Assembly: GCA_013387205.1 (NCBI GenBank)
Contig: WARV01000009.1
Location: 667 to 64,666, forward strand
Length of the DNA stretch: 64,000 bases
Direction: 5' to 3'
Origin: Patescibacteria group bacterium
GTDB taxonomy: Bacteria; Patescibacteriota; Doudnabacteria; UBA920
Shown: piece by piece, positions 1-9,620 of the stretch
Layout: every line of letters starts with the position of its first letter
Numbering within the stretch: position 1 is the first letter of the stretch
Notes under the pieces: generated by a model
Seen by the model: only the letters and a program-made list of their open reading frames with translations
What the model was told of the DNA's origin: nothing
Database searches by the model: none
Position numbers and translations under genes: made by a program

Positions 1-72
1 CAGCTAAATGAAAATGCAAATGTAAAAAATAATATACTAACCATAGCAGCCAATCTGCCGGTAAATAACAGG

Positions 73-2598
73 GTGATGCTGCTTGATCGACTAAAGGATT
101 TAATAATTGCCAAACATCAAGACTTTATTTTTTTATCTGCATGTACTTTAATTAAATCTTTGGCAGATGATGGAGAAATTGATGCTGCGCTGGACCTCTC
201 TAAAATATTTCTTGGATTTGTTATGACTCCAGAAAGGGAAATCTCTGTTGGAGAAGGCGAAGTAATTAAGAGATCACCAGAACCGGAAAGTAGGCTCAAC
301 CAGTGGCACTATGCGGAATTTATGCGCAAGGTTTTGCCAGCATTACTAAGGGCAAACCCAGAAAAAACTCTTACAGCTTTAAGTGACCTACTTTGCGATT
401 TTCTCGAGCTTACTTATAAAGATCGGACCGAAAACAGCTACGAAGATTTTCTTTCTATTTCAGTACAAGCTCTAGGAGATCCATCTGAGGGTTTTGGCTA
501 CGAGAGTGTGGAATCAATCTTGGTTTTAGCAATACGAGATTCAGCGTTACGCGTAGTAAATAATCCTGCTAGGATTAAAACTGTTTTAGCTGATTTTGAA
601 AGAAGGCAATGGACAATTTTCCGTCGACTAAGCATGTATGTCTTGAGCCGATTCCTTGAATTTGAGCCAGAAGACATCGCGAAATATTTAACCAATGAGG
701 CCGTCTTAGATGACCAGAATTTTCAGAACGAGTATGCCCAGTTAGCCAAAAAAGGTTTCAAATTTTTAAACGCTGAACAAAAAGATAAAGTTTTTCAGAT
801 GATTGAAGAAGCTAAAAGTATTAAAGATCGAATTGCTGGCACTAAGGAAAAAATTGATGAAACTGTTGCAGCAAATATTGTTGAGTCTTGGCAGCGCGAC
901 AAGTTATCTTACTTTGAAGAGAATCTTTCCCCAGAGTGGCGAAGCCGTTTTGATGATCTACTGGCTAAGCATGGCCAGCCTGACAATCCCGATCGTCCAT
1001 ATCAAGTACACAGCTTTAGTGGGCCTACCAGTGATATAACTGTTGGGGATATTTTGAAAATGGATACAACAACCCTTTTCGCTGCTCTCAAATCTTGGGA
1101 GCCAAAATCTGACCGACATGGATTTGGTCCTACAAAAGAAGGTTTGGGCAGAGAGCTTTCGGCTGCAGTAAAGAAGGAACCGGAAAAGTTTAATAAAGTT
1201 GCTGAACAATTTCAAGAATTGGACCCAACTTATGTACGAGCTTATCTTCAAGCGTTCGATGAACTTGTAAGAAATAAAACCAATATAGACTGGGCACCAA
1301 TTTTAAATTTATGCGAGTGGATAGTGAAACAACCTCGTGAGATACCAAATCGACAAGGAGAAATAATGGATCAAGATCCACATTGGGGATGGGCAAGGCG
1401 AACCGTCGTTTCTTTGATTTCAAGTGGGCTAAATCATAATTTGATTCCCTTTGAGCTCAGGGAGAAAGTTTGGGCTATTGTTGAACCACTAACTACAGAC
1501 CCAAGTCCGACTCCTGAAGAAGAAAAGAAAAAAGATGGGGACTTAGTTGATGACCCTTATGGTTTGGCTATTAACACAGTACGAGGAGAAGCAATTGGAG
1601 CTACAGTAGAATATGCTCTTTGGGTTTACCGCAATATGGAAAAAACCGAGGAAGGCAAGGAGTCACTAAAACAGGGATTTAGCATGATGCCTGAAGTTGG
1701 GAAAGTTTTGGAATATCATCTGGACCCTAAAAATGATTCTTCGGTAGCTATAAGGTCTGTATACGGACGATATTTTCCGTGGATTTTGCTTATGGATCGG
1801 GTCTGGACACTTAAACACATTCCTTACTTATTTCCGCCCGGAGACTTTGACAACCCTTTGTATGCTGGCGCATGGAATTCTTATTTGATCCACGGCCAAG
1901 CTTATAACGAGCCGATGAAAGCGCTGGTTGCGCAGTATAAAGAAGCATTGCAAAATTTAGGGAAAGTAAAACAAGATTCAAGGACGGACAGAGACAAAAG
2001 GTTGGTTCAGCAACTGATGATTTTCTATTGGAGAGGTCTTTTGACAGATGCCGATGATTTAATCACCTCGTTTTGGGATTCTGCTCCAGCAAAATTCCGG
2101 GGCGAAGCATTGGATTTTATCGGTCGAAGTTTGCGTAGCGACACAGATGAGCTAGAACCTAAAGTGCAAGAACTTCTAAAAAACCTGTGGGAGAGGCGTA
2201 TAACTTTAGCAGAAGCGGCGGTTGATAAGAACGAGTTTGCTGAAGAGGCGTCCGCTTTTGGTTGGTGGTTTGCGTCCGGTAAATTTGATCTTGCATGGAG
2301 CTGCGAACAATATTTAAGAGCTCTTGAGATTGGGACGAAGATTCAGTCGGACTATTTTGTTGCAGAGAAACTTGTTGAAACTGTAAAAACATTACCTCTT
2401 CAGGCGGTAAGGATTCTGACTAAGTTAGTAAAAAATGAGGAACCAAAGTGGTTTATCTTCGGAAACAAAGATCAAATCACTCAGGTTCTGTCTGCGGCTT
2501 TAGCTAGCTCAGATGCAGTTGCGCAGCAGGAAGCTCGCGATTTAGTCGGTCGTTTAGTCGCTAAGGGATATACTGAATTTAGTGATTTACTAAAATAA
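73..2598 (+). CDS. large all-alpha hypothetical protein (841 aa from GTG/ATG at 73; frame has no stop back to nt 1, so the gene may be 5'-partial at the window edge)
   Basis: Long uninterrupted ORF of helical-repeat-like composition with no catalytic motif I recognise. Frame 1 stays open from nt 1 to 73. The next gene follows after a 13-nt gap on the same strand. Confidence 0.6.
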   Translation: MMLLDRLKDLIIAKHQDFIFLSACTLIKSLADDGEIDAALDLSKIFLGFVMTPEREISVGEGEVIKRSPEPESRLNQWHYAEFMRKVLPALLRANPEKTLTALSDLLCDFLELTYKDRTENSYEDFLSISVQALGDPSEGFGYESVESILVLAIRDSALRVVNNPARIKTVLADFERRQWTIFRRLSMYVLSRFLEFEPEDIAKYLTNEAVLDDQNFQNEYAQLAKKGFKFLNAEQKDKVFQMIEEAKSIKDRIAGTKEKIDETVAANIVESWQRDKLSYFEENLSPEWRSRFDDLLAKHGQPDNPDRPYQVHSFSGPTSDITVGDILKMDTTTLFAALKSWEPKSDRHGFGPTKEGLGRELSAAVKKEPEKFNKVAEQFQELDPTYVRAYLQAFDELVRNKTNIDWAPILNLCEWIVKQPREIPNRQGEIMDQDPHWGWARRTVVSLISSGLNHNLIPFELREKVWAIVEPLTTDPSPTPEEEKKKDGDLVDDPYGLAINTVRGEAIGATVEYALWVYRNMEKTEEGKESLKQGFSMMPEVGKVLEYHLDPKNDSSVAIRSVYGRYFPWILLMDRVWTLKHIPYLFPPGDFDNPLYAGAWNSYLIHGQAYNEPMKALVAQYKEALQNLGKVKQDSRTDRDKRLVQQLMIFYWRGLLTDADDLITSFWDSAPAKFRGEALDFIGRSLRSDTDELEPKVQELLKNLWERRITLAEAAVDKNEFAEEASAFGWWFASGKFDLAWSCEQYLRALEIGTKIQSDYFVAEKLVETVKTLPLQAVRILTKLVKNEEPKWFIFGNKDQITQVLSAALASSDAVAQQEARDLVGRLVAKGYTEFSDLLK

Positions 2599-2611
2599 GG
2601 AAAGTGCCAAA

Positions 2612-3190
2612 ATGTTACCTACAAATCACTCACCTAAACTTTTTTACAATTTTGATTTAAAAAGGATACCTCAATTTGATGGTGATTTTTATTATGATGT
2701 TTTTGAAATAAATCAAACTTGGCACGACATAGAATACTTGAACTTCTTATTTCACAAATCATTTGGGCAAATGGCAAGTGAAACGAATAACCAAGAGCAA
2801 ATCATGTTGTTCCAATCTTCCAAAATTCTCAGTTCATATTTTTATATCCATTTGGAGATAATCAGAAAAATTTTCGAAGTGAAACTTCTTCGAAAAATTT
2901 CTGATCCGAAATTTAAAAGCCTGTTTAACACTTTTGGAGATAAATTTTGGGACTCTATAGCAATTGCAAGAAATAATATTCTGATCCATAAGGAAAAACC
3001 CAATTATATAAAGAAGCAGTTAACAGTGGAAGGAACTGACCCAGAGTCGTTTATTGTAATAGAAATTAATTACAAAGATCCCTCAGGTAAACTGCAAAAG
3101 ATAGCTTTGCGTCCACTTCAAGATATTGCAATGGCTCAAAAATTTTTGTCTGAGTTTCAAAACCTATTTAATGCAACTTCATTTAATTAG
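2612..3190 (+). CDS. hypothetical protein with HEPN-like Rx4-6H motif (IARNNILIH)
   Basis: 192-aa ORF 13 nt after the 841-aa gene. The R-NNILI-H motif lies in its C-terminal half, as in HEPN domains. The assignment rests on this motif only. Confidence 0.45.
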   Translation: MLPTNHSPKLFYNFDLKRIPQFDGDFYYDVFEINQTWHDIEYLNFLFHKSFGQMASETNNQEQIMLFQSSKILSSYFYIHLEIIRKIFEVKLLRKISDPKFKSLFNTFGDKFWDSIAIARNNILIHKEKPNYIKKQLTVEGTDPESFIVIEINYKDPSGKLQKIALRPLQDIAMAQKFLSEFQNLFNATSFN

Positions 3191-3197
3191 GCCTAGT

Positions 3198-3704
3198 TTA
3201 AAGTCCTAATAATTGTTTTTTCTTTGCGGTAAATTCTGCTTCTGTAATAATACCTTTGTCTTTTAATGTAGCTAACTGCTCTAGTTCAGAAACATTACCG
3301 CCGTTAGACTTTTTACCACTCCTTAATTCTTCTATTGCTTGTTGCCATGGGGCAAAGTAGTTTGCTTGCACCCTGGCAAGCTCACCCATGGCAAGTGAGC
3401 TGTTAAACAGAGAGAAGTACATAAAGTGTGCCGTTTGTTCTTTGCCTTCTGCTCTATAAGTGACATACATATCGCTGGCTGTACTTGCGCCCTTTGCGGT
3501 CCTGACATTAATAATATCTTTAACAGGGATAGAAACAAGTTTTTTACTTTTTCTATCTTGGTGATATAATTCTGTGGTAGTTAGAACTAGCTCTCCTCTG
3601 GTATTTGAGAAGAAACTTTTTTTATACTGAATCTTACCTTCTTTTTTGATGATGTTTTCTTGGTCCATTGGAATAAATATTCTTTCCGCCGGCGTAGATA
3701 ACAC
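3198..3704 (-). CDS. PH-like (bPH) + C-terminal SHOCT domain protein
   Basis: The C-terminus SELEQLATLKDKGIITEAEFTAKKKQLLGL matches the SHOCT short C-terminal oligomerisation motif. The N-terminal ~120 aa is beta-rich, like bacterial PH domains. The start may be the internal Met (MDQENI). Confidence 0.6.
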   Translation of the reverse strand: MLSTPAERIFIPMDQENIIKKEGKIQYKKSFFSNTRGELVLTTTELYHQDRKSKKLVSIPVKDIINVRTAKGASTASDMYVTYRAEGKEQTAHFMYFSLFNSSLAMGELARVQANYFAPWQQAIEELRSGKKSNGGNVSELEQLATLKDKGIITEAEFTAKKKQLLGL

Positions 3705-3932
3705 AAGGCCCCACGCCAGCTGGACCTTGCGGTCCCATACCAGTTTCCCGGTATGGCTCGTGAAAGCGCTGGACGTAGGGTCCAGTATCTTTCACGAGTC
3801 TTTTTCACCATGCCAGCGGTTGCCCGCTGGTTTAGGCTACTTTTATAAATTGTTAATGTAATTATACCACTTAATTGTAAGGTTTTAAAGCTCCTTTCTG
3901 CCCTTTGGGCAATGTAGACAGTACCGCAAGGT

Positions 3933-4442
3933 TCAAGATAAGTCCAGGTTGTTTTCGGGTTCATCATTATCATCCGGAAGAGCCCCTGAAATTTGATTTA
4001 AATCTGGCCTGTTCTTTCGGTAAGCAAAAACGTAATTTATCGCTCTATCTATCGACTCTTTTTGTTCTGGTGTCAGTTCAGGGTCGTTAGCCACTTGCTT
4101 TAACAAATAATCGTAATGCTGCCTTTCTTTCTGGCCGAGCGGTACCATATACACGCTGCGCTTTTGAATGTAGCGAGGGTCGTTGTTAGAAAGAAAATAT
4201 TTAATAGCGCCAAAATTACCTTCTCTAATTAACTTCATTAAGGCAGCTTCTGCAATATCAATATATTGGTTTCGGCCAAGCTCAAGAGCCACTTCAGCAT
4301 CTTGTCTGAACTTTTTGTTATCTCTAATCCAGCGATAGAATGTCGCCCTGGCTACTCCGACTTTTTTACAAGCAAAACTTACATTGGGGCTATCAGCAAG
4401 GATTTTAAGTAGTTCGGATTTTTCACGACTACGTCTCGCCAT
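3933..4442 (-). CDS. phage terminase small subunit-like HTH protein
   Basis: The N-terminal helix-turn-helix VGVARATFYRWIRDNKKFRQ is typical of TerS/HTH_Tnp-like phage proteins. The gene overlaps the downstream ParB-methylase gene by 14 nt, an arrangement common in phage. Confidence 0.5.
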   Translation of the reverse strand: MARRSREKSELLKILADSPNVSFACKKVGVARATFYRWIRDNKKFRQDAEVALELGRNQYIDIAEAALMKLIREGNFGAIKYFLSNNDPRYIQKRSVYMVPLGQKERQHYDYLLKQVANDPELTPEQKESIDRAINYVFAYRKNRPDLNQISGALPDDNDEPENNLDLS

Positions 4443-5823
4443 AAATCTTCACACGCTTTTTGCCAGTGAACTTCTCCCAGCGGTTCATAATAACCTCGGC
4501 GTAGACCGGCGACTTTTCCATAATAAAGCAGCGTCGACCTATGGCTGTTGAGGCGATTAAAGTTGAGCCACTGCCACCGAACGGCTCGAGCACTAATTGG
4601 TTGCGCTTGGTTAAAACTTTGATGTATGGAATAAGAATTTCGATTGGCTTAACCCCAAAGATAATTCCTTGGCCGGAGGATTTTTCGTCTGCGGCATTAA
4701 ATTCAATGAAGTCCGTCGGGCAGTATTTGTTGCCTTTGTTATAACCTTCCCACTGCGGTTTTCCCTGAATAGCAAACAGGGCTGTTTGATATTCATTTTC
4801 TACTAATTCATCTTCTGGTTCTAAGTCTACGCCTAAATGATTCTGGCTGGTGCCGACCATGGCGATGTCGTGCTTGGAGAAAAATTTAAGTTTTGCGGCA
4901 TAGCCTTGGTTACGGTTAGGAAGATGCCAAACCAACATATTGCGGACTTTCCAATGCTGTTCCATGCTGCCCCAAATTTCCCGGAGGTTTTTCCAGTTTT
5001 CATAAACGATAATGGAAAAGTCTTTGTTCTGTACTTTGGCAACATTGTTCATCCAAAGCTCGGTAAAATCTTCCGGCAGACTTTCGGTTTCCAAGTAGCG
5101 GCGATTTTTCTTGGCACCAAAGCCAGTGGTAGATTCACCATTCCTGGTTTTGCCTTTTAAATAATCTAAGCGATACGGAGGGTCAGTCATGACCATGTCA
5201 ATTTTTTGGTCGCCAACTAGCGAAAGCATATCAGCTTCAATGGTGCTGTCACCGCATTTTAATCTTGATCCATCGAGATCATAAATGTCTCCTTTTTTAA
5301 CGGTAATAGTTTCAATTTGGAGTTTCTCTAATTCTTTTTCTAAGTCAAATTGTGTTTCGACTTTTTCCTCCTCAAAGATTTTATCTAAATCTTCCGAGCC
5401 AAACCCGACGTCCGCTAAAAAGCTTTCGTCATAGGCAGCCAGCAAGTCAAAGTCGAACTCACCTTGATTTTTGTTGAGCCTTAAGTTAAGTTCCTTTTCT
5501 TTGTCCAAATCTGGAATGGAAATGAACACTACTGGCACTTGGTCGTAGCCAAGTTGCTTCATCACTTCAAGACGGAAGTGACCACCGATGACAACATTCT
5601 CACGGCCAGGTGCATTGTTGACCACTAATGGGTCAACGACGCCAAATCGTTTTAAAGATTCTTTTAATTGTTCCTCCGCAGTCTTGTCGTGTTTGCGGGG
5701 ATTATACTCAGCCGGTTTAAGTCCGGTAACTGGCACATACTTGATGTGCAACTGCAAGTTGTCTTGCATATGTATTTTTATTTCTGAGCCAAAAGGCTCG
5801 TTATTAATAAAACGCCCAGGCAC
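4429..5823 (-). CDS. ParB-like nuclease domain fused to N6-adenine/N4-cytosine DNA methyltransferase (DPPY type, beta class)
   Basis: The N-terminal ParB/Srx-like region carries GGHFRLE. The DPPY catalytic motif IV (MTDPPYRLDY) is followed C-terminally by the AdoMet motif I (LEPFGGSGSTLIAS). This is the architecture of phage-encoded orphan methylases. Confidence 0.85.
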   Translation of the reverse strand: MPGRFINNEPFGSEIKIHMQDNLQLHIKYVPVTGLKPAEYNPRKHDKTAEEQLKESLKRFGVVDPLVVNNAPGRENVVIGGHFRLEVMKQLGYDQVPVVFISIPDLDKEKELNLRLNKNQGEFDFDLLAAYDESFLADVGFGSEDLDKIFEEEKVETQFDLEKELEKLQIETITVKKGDIYDLDGSRLKCGDSTIEADMLSLVGDQKIDMVMTDPPYRLDYLKGKTRNGESTTGFGAKKNRRYLETESLPEDFTELWMNNVAKVQNKDFSIIVYENWKNLREIWGSMEQHWKVRNMLVWHLPNRNQGYAAKLKFFSKHDIAMVGTSQNHLGVDLEPEDELVENEYQTALFAIQGKPQWEGYNKGNKYCPTDFIEFNAADEKSSGQGIIFGVKPIEILIPYIKVLTKRNQLVLEPFGGSGSTLIASTAIGRRCFIMEKSPVYAEVIMNRWEKFTGKKRVKIYGET

Positions 5824-5909
5824 TCACCACACTTTTGTGTGATAGATGCCTGGGCGTTCCAGGTCTAAGCTCGATTTAGTTTTTTACTTTACTTATTTTG
5901 CTGCTACTC

Positions 5910-6164
5910 CTAAGTTAAACGTAACGTAATCATCGGGGGAGATGACTTAGGTACCAGGGTAACGTATGGCCATTTAAAATTACAGAACGGGCAAGTGGTG
6001 TACGTAACGCTGCTGCAAGAAGCTTGAAATTCTAAATCCACATTAAAAGATTTACCGAATTTATCTTTGCGAATACGAAAACTATGGCTGCTAGTTTTCT
6101 GCAGTACAATCTCTGCGCAGTCCGGACACCTGACTAATGTTTTTTCCTGATATTGGTTTTTCAT
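5910..6164 (-). CDS. small zinc-ribbon protein (CPDC..CPFC)
   Basis: Paired CxxC motifs (VRCPDCAEIV ... TCPFCNF). I chose the start at the internal Met (MKNQYQ). The ORF track extends it to 6206. Confidence 0.4.
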   Translation of the reverse strand: MKNQYQEKTLVRCPDCAEIVLQKTSSHSFRIRKDKFGKSFNVDLEFQASCSSVTYTTCPFCNFKWPYVTLVPKSSPPMITLRLT

Positions 6165-6589
6165 TTTGTTTCTATTTCCGTTGACTCTATATATACATAT
6201 TATCATTAAACCAAAGATAAATAATTTTAATTCAAAATACTCTGGTTTTTTCTATGTGGCTGCAAACAGCTTTTTATGCGGTTTGTGACCGTATATGGCG
6301 TTTACAAAACCGTATCGTGGTGGTTTGTAAGCCCTTTTATGGGGTTTGGGTATTTTATACAAATCTTCAATTTATTGGGGTTTTTGAATTATTCAGCTAT
6401 CTAGCATAACCTGCTTATCCACAAAAATAATCCCAAATCGTATGGCCTTAGGAGTGTCTCATTTGTCTCATGCTCAATTAGCTTATGAGTATAATAGCTG
6501 CTAGAATATAAGGGAAATATGAAAACTACTCTTGAAAAATCAAAGGTTGCTGCTCTTTTAATATCTATAGCTGTCTTATTTGTGTTTTT

Positions 6590-7024
6590 TTGGGACACTA
6601 TTACTTTGGTAGCCACTTCATAAAGTACCTTTGGGTTTTCGACGGTGTATTATTTACCTTCCTGCTGTTTGTCATTATGGCTATCACTGGGTTTTTCATT
6701 CTAAACGCTCTGTTCTTAGTTGCTGCTGAATTGTCTTTGCTGATATTCTTAGCCCAAGCCTATTGCGCAGTCCCGCAACGTACAGCGCAGGCAGACCTGG
6801 CTTTAAAAACTTTGGTTGTTGCTGGACTCATTTATATTGCCGCAAAGTTCATTTATGAGTTCCGTAATAAAGCTCAAGATAAGTTAAAGGCTATTCAAAA
6901 AGAAAAGTGGTCAAAAGAAAAAGTTTTCTTTGTTGTCTGTTTTGCAGTTTTTACAGTATGGTTTATTTGGCAGATTTGCTTAGTCATGTCGCCAATTGTG
7001 TCCGACTTGTGTGTTTTCCGGTAG
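6590..7024 (+). CDS. hypothetical membrane protein (3-4 TM)
   Basis: Hydrophobic helices throughout. It sits directly upstream of the RHS C-terminal toxin fragment and could be an orphan immunity protein. Confidence 0.45.
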   Translation: MGHYYFGSHFIKYLWVFDGVLFTFLLFVIMAITGFFILNALFLVAAELSLLIFLAQAYCAVPQRTAQADLALKTLVVAGLIYIAAKFIYEFRNKAQDKLKAIQKEKWSKEKVFFVVCFAVFTVWFIWQICLVMSPIVSDLCVFR

Positions 7025-7093
7025 TGGGGAGCGTATAGCTATTTTTTTCAACAAAACCAAAACGGCTTCTTAAAATCCTCCAGCACCATTTCT

Positions 7094-8050
7094 ATGGTAG
7101 AAGTTATAACAAAAACCCAAAATACTGAAAGAACCTTTGAAATCCTTCAAGGTTCGCTCTGGTGCTCCAAACCTACTGCGAAGGTTGTTGATTCAGGACA
7201 TGGAGCAGGTGTCGACCAGCGTATTTTCGCAGGCCAAATACTCGACGCTGATACCAACTTGACCTACATGAATGCGAGATACTACGAGGGGAACCGTGGA
7301 CAGTTCCTTTCACAAGATCCGTCGTTCTTAGCAATAGGTGATCCTGTAAAATTCAAAGCTTTGACTGGACAAGACATGATTGATCAGTTGTCTGACCCGC
7401 AGCAGCTAAATTCATATTCATATGCAAGGAATAATCCTTTAAGGTATAATGATCCTACTGGTAATATAAATTGGGATACATTATGGCACCCCTCACAGTA
7501 TCCATCTGTATTAGGCCAAGCAGGTATATGGTATGGAGCTTCTCTTGGATTTAATGTAACTGGTCACCCATTAACAGGAGCTTTGATGCAGCATTCGCTT
7601 ACAGTAGGTCCGAGGGATGTAAATATTAACCAACAAAATCAAAAGTCCTGGGGTAATGCAATTACCCAAATCCAAAATTCTTCTGATTTCACTAATGCCT
7701 TGAACGGTTATTTGTCCACAGACGGTAAAAATGGATCTATTAATCAAACTTATGATGCGTTACAAGGAAGTGTTGTGTTCAATAGCGGTGATTTGAAAAC
7801 AGGTGTACATGGTACCTATTCTACTGCGGTTCAAGGAACTCAAAATCAAGACGGTACTTGGAATTTAAATGTTGCTATCACTGATAGATATGATTATACT
7901 TATCAGAATTATAATGGGGGCGAGGGTGGCAAGACATTAACTGGCGCTAACAATGCAGCAAACTTTAGTCAGAACCAGGGAGTTATTAGCAACTATGGCG
8001 TGACTTTCTCAATAAGTATGCCAAATTATAATCCAAATAAGAAAAAATAA
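7094..8050 (+). CDS. orphan RHS/YD-repeat C-terminal fragment: RHS repeat-associated core tail + novel C-terminal toxin domain
   Basis: YMNARYYEGNRGQFLSQDP ... LNSYSYARNNPLRYNDPTGN matches the conserved end of the RHS repeat-associated core (ARYYDPxxGRFxSxDP ... NxYxYxxNNPxxxxDPxG). The following ~190 aa are a Q/N/T/G-rich domain of unknown type. No RHS body lies upstream in frame. Confidence 0.75.
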   Translation: MVEVITKTQNTERTFEILQGSLWCSKPTAKVVDSGHGAGVDQRIFAGQILDADTNLTYMNARYYEGNRGQFLSQDPSFLAIGDPVKFKALTGQDMIDQLSDPQQLNSYSYARNNPLRYNDPTGNINWDTLWHPSQYPSVLGQAGIWYGASLGFNVTGHPLTGALMQHSLTVGPRDVNINQQNQKSWGNAITQIQNSSDFTNALNGYLSTDGKNGSINQTYDALQGSVVFNSGDLKTGVHGTYSTAVQGTQNQDGTWNLNVAITDRYDYTYQNYNGGEGGKTLTGANNAANFSQNQGVISNYGVTFSISMPNYNPNKKK

Positions 8051-8052
8051 TT

Positions 8053-8526
8053 ATGAAAAAAATAACTAAATATATAATTGGCGGATTGTGTGTACTTGTG
8101 TTAGTTGGAGCAATTTACTTTTTTAGTTTGATTGCTAAGGATGGATTTGGACCAGGTTCGGCAGACTATACTTATAAAATAGCAGGCAGTTGTAACTTAA
8201 CCAGATCCAGTGCTCACGTAGTAGTTATAGGATGTAGTGGAGTAGGGGTTCCCCCAGAAATTATAGAAACTGGGTGGAATGATAGTTATTTACTCGCAGT
8301 AAATAACCCGATCAAAGGTTATCCGAACACTTATTCTGATCCGGATCCATCAGTTAAAAATTGGTGGATAGTAGATTTAAAGAATAAAAAGGCTTACGGT
8401 CCGATGATGACAGAATATGAATTTAATCAGAAAAAAGCATCTTTGGGTATAACAGATATACAGTTAATGCCGATTGAACAGGCAAAAACAAAAGGTACTT
8501 GGGTTAATGGAGACTTCAAGAACTAA
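8053..8526 (+). CDS. putative cognate immunity protein (N-terminal signal anchor)
   Basis: It starts 2 nt after the toxin stop, has one N-terminal TM helix and is 157 aa. This is the position and size expected for a polymorphic-toxin immunity gene. Confidence 0.5.
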   Translation: MKKITKYIIGGLCVLVLVGAIYFFSLIAKDGFGPGSADYTYKIAGSCNLTRSSAHVVVIGCSGVGVPPEIIETGWNDSYLLAVNNPIKGYPNTYSDPDPSVKNWWIVDLKNKKAYGPMMTEYEFNQKKASLGITDIQLMPIEQAKTKGTWVNGDFKN

Positions 8527-8528
8527 CT

Positions 8529-8566
8529 AAAAGAGAGCTCATATGAGCTCTCTTTTAGTTTTTGAT
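8529..8566 (+). terminator. intrinsic terminator hairpin + T-run
   Basis: AAAAGAGAGCTCAT-ATG-AGCTCTCTTTT is followed by AGTTTTTG immediately after the immunity gene stop. Confidence 0.7.
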
Positions 8567-8671
8567 GTTTAGCTGGATGTATTTCCAACCTGCGAAAATA
8601 ATCTTACATCTTTCATCTTCCTTTTGCTTTCCCCGACTAAGTTATTAAACTGGAGAAGGCTAATGATGTCA

Positions 8672-8708
8672 CAAGGGGAACCCTGTATCTGATACAGGGT
8701 TCCCCTTG
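8672..8708. terminator. perfect 17-bp stem hairpin (CAAGGGGAACCCTGTATC/GATACAGGGTTCCCCTTG)
   Basis: Lies between convergent genes (8526+ and the CDF gene stop at 8754-). Probably a bidirectional terminator. Confidence 0.55.
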
Positions 8709-8753
8709 TTTGATAATCGCTTGATTCTTGCTACTTACTACTTGCTACCAGTT

Positions 8754-9611
8754 TCAGTGTTCATGCGGCGGGCAGGCGGTGGTTTCCACTTCAATGGTCG
8801 AGTGGTTTATTTTGAATTTATCTTGCAGGTTCTGCTTAATCTCTTTTACGATTTGCAGGTTTTTTTCCGTGTCGAAAACTTTGGGCACCATATGGCACAC
8901 TAAAGCAGTAGCTTTGGAAGAAATTGTCCAAACGTGCAAATCGTGCAGGCTTAAAACATCCGGGTGCGACAGGATTTGGGCCTGGATATCGCCCAGGTTA
9001 ATTTCTTCAGGTACGCCTTCCAGCAAAACGTGCAGGGCTTTGTTTAATATCTCCCAGCTGGAAAACAGCAGCATGGCACCAATAATGATGCTGATAAAAG
9101 GGTCTACTATGGTTTTTCCGGTAAAGTAAATGATGCCGCCGGCAACAAGTGCGCCAATAGAAGCGATTACGTCATTAGCCATATTCAAATACGCGCTCCT
9201 GACGTTAAGATCGCTGCGGTCTTTGTAAAATATCAGCGCCACGGCTCCGTTGACTAAAATTCCAAAAGACGCCACTATCATTACCCAGCTTCCTTCCACT
9301 CCCTGCGGATGGAGGATTCTCTGGTAAGCCTGGTAAAAAATATACAGGGCGGCAAAAATCAAAATCAGGCTGTTTATGAAAGCCGCGATTATCGTAATTT
9401 TGCCATAGCCGTAAGTGTGCTCGTGCGTGGCCCGCCGCTTGGAAATTTTTTGCGCCGTAAAGGAAACCACGAGGCTCAAAGAGTCGGTTAAATTATGCCC
9501 GGCATCCGAGACCAGGGCCAAGCTGCCGCTGATTATTCCGGTGATAAGTTCAAAAATCGCAAAAGAAGTGTTTAGTACCAAACTGGCTTTAAATTTTGTT
9601 TCCAATTTCAT
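8754..9611 (-). CDS. cation diffusion facilitator (CDF) family metal efflux transporter
   Basis: Six TM helices and the CDF signature region around HEHTYGYGK, plus a C-terminal cytoplasmic domain. Start set at MKLETKF (9611). The longer track ORF would read into the MITE copy. Confidence 0.8.
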   Translation of the reverse strand: MKLETKFKASLVLNTSFAIFELITGIISGSLALVSDAGHNLTDSLSLVVSFTAQKISKRRATHEHTYGYGKITIIAAFINSLILIFAALYIFYQAYQRILHPQGVEGSWVMIVASFGILVNGAVALIFYKDRSDLNVRSAYLNMANDVIASIGALVAGGIIYFTGKTIVDPFISIIIGAMLLFSSWEILNKALHVLLEGVPEEINLGDIQAQILSHPDVLSLHDLHVWTISSKATALVCHMVPKVFDTEKNLQIVKEIKQNLQDKFKINHSTIEVETTACPPHEH

Positions 9612-9620
9612 AAATAGTTG

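Noticed and set aside
3587-4090. ORFs 3587-3973(-), 3646-3861(+) and 3905-4090(+)
   Set aside because: They overlap the SHOCT and TerS-like genes in alternative frames and have no motifs.
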